64,000 nt of DNA from Psammoneis japonica (Eukaryota): NCBI GenBank assembly GCA_008632985.1, contig QPGO01000054.1, positions 343,050 to 407,049 on the forward strand, read 5' to 3'. The notes below the pieces were generated by a model, which was given only the letters and a program-made list of their open reading frames with translations, did no database searches and was not told the origin of the DNA. The position numbers were made by a program, and so were the translations under genes. Position 1 is the stretch's first letter. Each line of letters begins with the position of its first letter. This document shows positions 59,230 to 64,000 of the stretch, in pieces.

Positions 59230-62200
59230 ATGAGCTGCAATCTTTGCCAGAGAGACAGAGAGAAGTTGAGCCGGGGCACCCTCAACCTGCCAATTTTTCC
59301 AAAACGAACATCCATCCTCCTGAATCATTTGCTGCGATTCCCAGTCAATCCACGTGAAATTTTTTTGGAAACACCCGTGGGTCAACATGCCGAGGTGATG
59401 AGTGCTGAGTGCCTTGTTGTCGGCTGAGCATTGCAGCAGGTTGACCGTGCGGACGTGCTCTGATGTCACCCCCACGACACTCAACAGATGATGAAGCCAG
59501 CACTTTTGGTGAAGAGCATGCCATCGTTAATGAGAGATTCGTTTGCTGCCTTTGTCAATGGCCTGTCTTGGGTGGTCTGGAAATTGACTTGAATCAATTT
59601 GCCCATCCCGACACCCAACATGAAATGCACACACTGTGCAGTTTTCAATCCCATCATGAGGGACCAAGGGGCAGTTTCCCCCAACATGTGCCCATCCCCC
59701 AACCAATGGCAATGAGTCAGCACTGCCATGTTTCTGTGCTCCAGCTTGTGCCTCACTTGCTTGTCTTGCCATGTGACATCAAGACATTTGTCAATGGACC
59801 CCAGCTCTGTCTCCTCTGCTGCAGCTGCACTTTGCACATGGGGCCACTTTGAAAATGGAGGTGAAGCCTTTGGCACTGCTGAGCTCACCTTGAATGAAAC
59901 TGTGGTTTGCTGCCAAGTCTTCTTGTTCATTGGTGCAAGCACTCTTGAAGGTCTCACACCAAAGCAGGTTCGTCAGATTGGAGCAATTCAATGAGATGAC
60001 TTGGCTGCAATTGCAGCAGACAGTCAGAGTCAGCAAGACCAAAGAAGCTAGATGCTGTGCCCTCATTGATCTGGAACCCCCCCCCCACTGGGAGAGACAG
60101 CTCCCTGGGTGCACCACCAGGGAGTTGTGTGGTCTTTGCCAGCGGGTCAGCCAGATGCTTGTCCAACAAGGAGATCTTGAATTTTTTTGCAGATCAATCC
60201 TGTGCACTCCATGTGTGTGCTGCCTTTTTGATGATGGAAAAGGTCACAGCACCACTTAAAATCAGATGGCACAACAAAAGAAAGTGATCATCCAAAATGA
60301 AGTGGGAAAAACGGGGCTGGCAGATCATTGGTTGTTTGGTTCAGACAATCAACCCCCCTTTTTTTTGCACTCAAAGAGTCTCTTGTTGTCACCACATGAC
60401 AATGGTTTTTCTGAGGGTTTTTTTTTCACTCAAAGAGTCTTTTGTTGTCACCACATGACAACGGTTTTTCTGCCTGCATCTCTGCAAAGGGGGGGCAATG
60501 GAAAAATCAGCTCTGCAAATTTGCGCAGGTGCACTGCTGAGGCAAGCCAAGGGTGGTTCACATGCTTGTGCAACAGAGACCACAGAGGTGATTTTTGACA
60601 CATGTCCCACATGTGTGTGCCACCATGTGCTCTGTTGCGACCAAGGGAACACCCCGCTTGAAAGCATTTTTGTGTTTGCTGTTCAAAGTGAGCAACTCCA
60701 CAGCAAATGATGGTTGATTTTCTGGCACACACAGTCAACCCACTGAGCCTGAGCTTCCAAACACAAGTGAGCCCACTGTGGTGAGATTAAAAAATTGCAA
60801 GGGAAGACAACACACTGGTGGGCCAGCTTTTGTTCAACCACAATGACCAAGATGACATTGACACAAAGAAAGTTGCAGGATTTGTCCTGGATGTTGTGGT
60901 GCACCATTGCCTCATCTTGCAATCACGAGCATTTGCGCTCTGTTGGGCAGCCCTTTTGATGAGCACAACAATGTCAAAAAAGCCAAAAAGCAGCTGTTTT
61001 GCTTTCTTGCAGAACCTTCAGTGATGTTGAACCAAAGCAACAAAAGAGTGGACACTTCTGACACTTCCTTGGAATCCAGTGAACAAAAGTTTGGTTGGCA
61101 ACAGACTCCATCTTCACCAGCTTGAGCAGGGAAGTTGTTGCTTGTGATCATGTTGGAGAGAGCTGGATTTGCACTCCTCATTAAAAGAACACCAACAAGG
61201 ATTTGGGCTGTTGGCACTCAGACATTGCATGTGTTGGTCAGAATCTCTTTGTTGCAAAAGATTCACATGATTTTGAGCATTTGGAGCTGGGTTTTCTTGA
61301 GTGCAAGAACCTTTTGTGCTGTGCCAAAGCAGAGGTTCTTTGTTCCCTGCATGTGTGAGTTTTTTAAACACCTCTCCAACAACAACAACTCAAATTTGTT
61401 GGAGCCCTTTTTGGTCAATCTGTTGCAGCAACATGCCAATGTGAGCGGCTCTCCAAAATTGCTCTGGCATTTTCAGCGACAAAATGAGTTGCCCTTGTGA
61501 CAGTTTTGTGTGTTCTGCCCTGCCACTTGTTGTCAATGAACTTTGTCCAGTTGTCAACAGGTTGCCCCAAGCAGTGCTTTGAGTTGGCTTTTACATTGCT
61601 TGGCACAGGTGCTCAATCACAACTGGCATGAACTCCAGCCCACACATCTTTGAGTGCAATTGCCAACAACCATGAGCCCAACAGTCTGCCTTTCCTGTTG
61701 CAGCACCTTGTGGCAGTGTTCAATGTGAACCTAATGTGCTGGTGGTTGAAACAAACTTGGGACTTGGCTGCAATGTGCTTTTTCTTCTTTGCCTCTGTGC
61801 CTGTCCATCTGACAGCCTGGAAGACATCATGGCCATTTGTGACAGCAACTTGGCCTGGAGGTCATTTGCACACTGCATCATGAAGGATGCATGGGGTGCT
61901 TCTGGTTTTGTGTGTTCTGGGATCCTTGGCAAAGAATCTGTGGCTGCTTTCCATTCTGTCAGTTCTGCAATTTCCAGGGGGAACCAAGTGGGGTGTCAGC
62001 ACTTTGTGCCCTCCAATTTCTGAAGGCTCTGGTCATTGCCACAGATCTTCAACATCTCTTTCTTTCTGCTCATTTCAAGGCACATGGCATCCCCAAGAAG
62101 AGGCTCTTTCATTGCTGCTGTGGAGTCAGTCGTCCAATGCCAACTTCTTACACTTCTCTCTTTTGGTGATTTCATTCTTGGCTTTCCCAAAGCTGTGTTG

Positions 62201-64000
62201 TCATGCTTTGTCCATGCATGGAATGAAAGCATCATTTTAAACAACTGTGTCCAGCAGGACTGTCAAAAACATCATTGCACTTGACCCACAGGTCCTGGAA
62301 TTCTTCATCTGAAATCTCAGCAGCTTTGCACAACTTTTGTCAAGATGGTTGGACAACATGACAGCAAACTCCTTCTCTTTGCAACTCCTGTCCTTGCTGT
62401 CATTTCAGTTGTCTGCTGAAAATGCATGCATGCACAAGCAAAAAAATTTATGGCCAGCTGCACAAAGTCAGAGTCTTTGGGTCAAACATGAGGAAAATCT
62501 GCAGGTTTCTGCACATTTCTGGTGCAAACAAGCACACTTTTCCATTGATGGTGGAGAGCCCACCAAATGCATCACTTGGTGCCACACCTTGTTTGTTGAT
62601 GAGTCATTGCTGTTCCTGTGAGTGTTGCAGAGAGCAACTCATTTGTCACACCTCTGCTGCATGTGCACAGCTTTGTGAGGTCAATGCTGTCTTTTGGCAA
62701 CCCACAAGACTGGAGAAACAAAGGAGAAAAAAATCAAAATCTCCTGCATTTCCATGGAGGCTTGTCACAATGTCTTGAAGTTCACATTCCATTGGGCAAG
62801 ATGCTGCTTTGCAAGTTGTTGCTTTTGGGGCTTGTGTTTGGGCATCATGTGTGCAGTTTGACCACCTTTTTCAATTTAAGTGGGAACAGGTCAGCAGGAC
62901 AAATTGAAGAAGAGTTGCCAATCACAGCTGCAAGCAAAGCTCCAAACCAACTTGAGTTTGTCACAGACTTGGCTGGCATTGGTTGAATCTTTTGAGCAAT
63001 GTTTGTTGGCAGCAGCAAAAGTCAGATGTGCCATTTGGCTCACGATGCATGTTGCACATGCACACATTGCTTGGACTGTGCAGTGTCTTTTTCTAATTCT
63101 TGCCCTCCCATGCAGCACCACCTGCAAATGCAAATGGCTTTGAATCATTTGAAAAATTGTCTGAAAAACAATTCTTGCTGTTGGCATTGACATGACTTGT
63201 CCCAAATTGGGCGGCAAACATGAGAACAATTGTTCCCAGTCAAAGGCTCATTTGACAATCACAAGGGCATGTGCAGTCCAAGCACATTTTCCAGTGGCCC
63301 AAACACACTGTTTGGCAGAATGGGAAAGAGATTTTTGGCTCAACACACACCTCCTTGGACCACAATTCAATGGCTTTTGCATTGAAAAGTGCCATGGAAA
63401 GAGTGGAGTTTGATCATCTTGTGAAACTCCAGCTGATTCATTCATGGCAATGACATTGCTTGCATGTTGCGCATTCCTCACTCTGCACATTTGTCCATTT
63501 CTCTTGATGCTCTAACAAGAGAAATCAACTCTTGTCTCACAGCTAAATTCCAACAACCCCAACAGCTCTTGCAATTGATCCCAGGCCAACTTGTGTCACT
63601 CATGTTCAAGAACAGCAACATCAGCTTCATGGTTGTCATGAAACAAAATCATCAAATGCTGTCACTCTGCACTGAGGATTGAGCTGCCCATGATGACACA
63701 CAACAGCTGGAGCTGTTGCAGTGCTTCTTGCACAACAGGGCCTTCACAATTTCACAGCAGAGACCACCCATTTGGTTTCAAGACACTGGTGCTGGTTCAG
63801 GACTGAGTGTCTCATTTTGAAAGTCCAGTTCCAGCAAACACAAGATGAGCTGATGAGCATTGTTTCTTCCAAATGTCCAAGTGGACTTGCATGGTTGTGC
63901 CCTGCTGCATGGCAGACAACTTTCACAATCAGCTCGCAATTGCAGCAACCAGTGCAGGGACAATTTCTGTCATCACAGTGCTTCCTGCAAAACACCATGG
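59230..64000. other. TpA/CpG-depleted hypermutated domain 7 (continues past the window end)
   Basis: About 14 TA in 4.8 kb, about 12 of them in Y-TA-R context. Confidence 0.9.
61700..63000 (+). mobile_element. Probable Plavaka-like transposase relic
   Basis: Ordered fragments SLEDIM..DAWGASGFV, SLCNSCPC and SLGATPCLLM resemble recalled LEP..AWR.LG / LCR.C.C / GATP.D.MH motifs; heavily decayed. Confidence 0.35.

Noticed and set aside
60368..60472. 59-bp-period tandem duplication inside domain 7
   Set aside because: Real but minor; no evidence of function.
1..64000. tRNA, rRNA, LTR pairs or intact transposase
   Set aside because: None recognised by eye; a covariance-model scan could still find small RNAs.

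Overview
Eukaryotic, gene-dense nuclear DNA with short GT-AG introns, most consistent with a diatom (inference: signal peptide plus ATAF plastid-type motif, RxL pro-peptide motifs, HMG-box and Pro/Thr-repeat proteins). About 20 genes are readable: THADA/TRM732, class II PRPP synthetase, an ALDH-like enzyme, two HMG-box paralogues, a membrane metallophosphoesterase, a ubiquitin-domain protein, a deiodinase-family selenoprotein (in-frame UGA plus SECIS), a mitochondrial carrier, an FAD monooxygenase, three related single-pass SAP-like membrane proteins, TIM9, IAH1 esterase, a WD40 protein, sulfite oxidase, a P-loop GTPase and two low-complexity proteins. The most striking signal is a set of seven sharply bounded domains (about 20 kb, roughly a third of the window) in which TpA is almost completely erased, and in the larger domains CpG too, both converging on TpG/CpA. 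Decayed genes inside these domains (calpain, trypsin-like protease, Plavaka-like transposon relics) show systematic Tyr->Cys/His changes. This points to a targeted, RIP-like A:T->G:C hypermutation at TpA that spares Y-TA-R contexts and seems to outrun CpG decay. All counts are by eye and approximate; no database searches were run.
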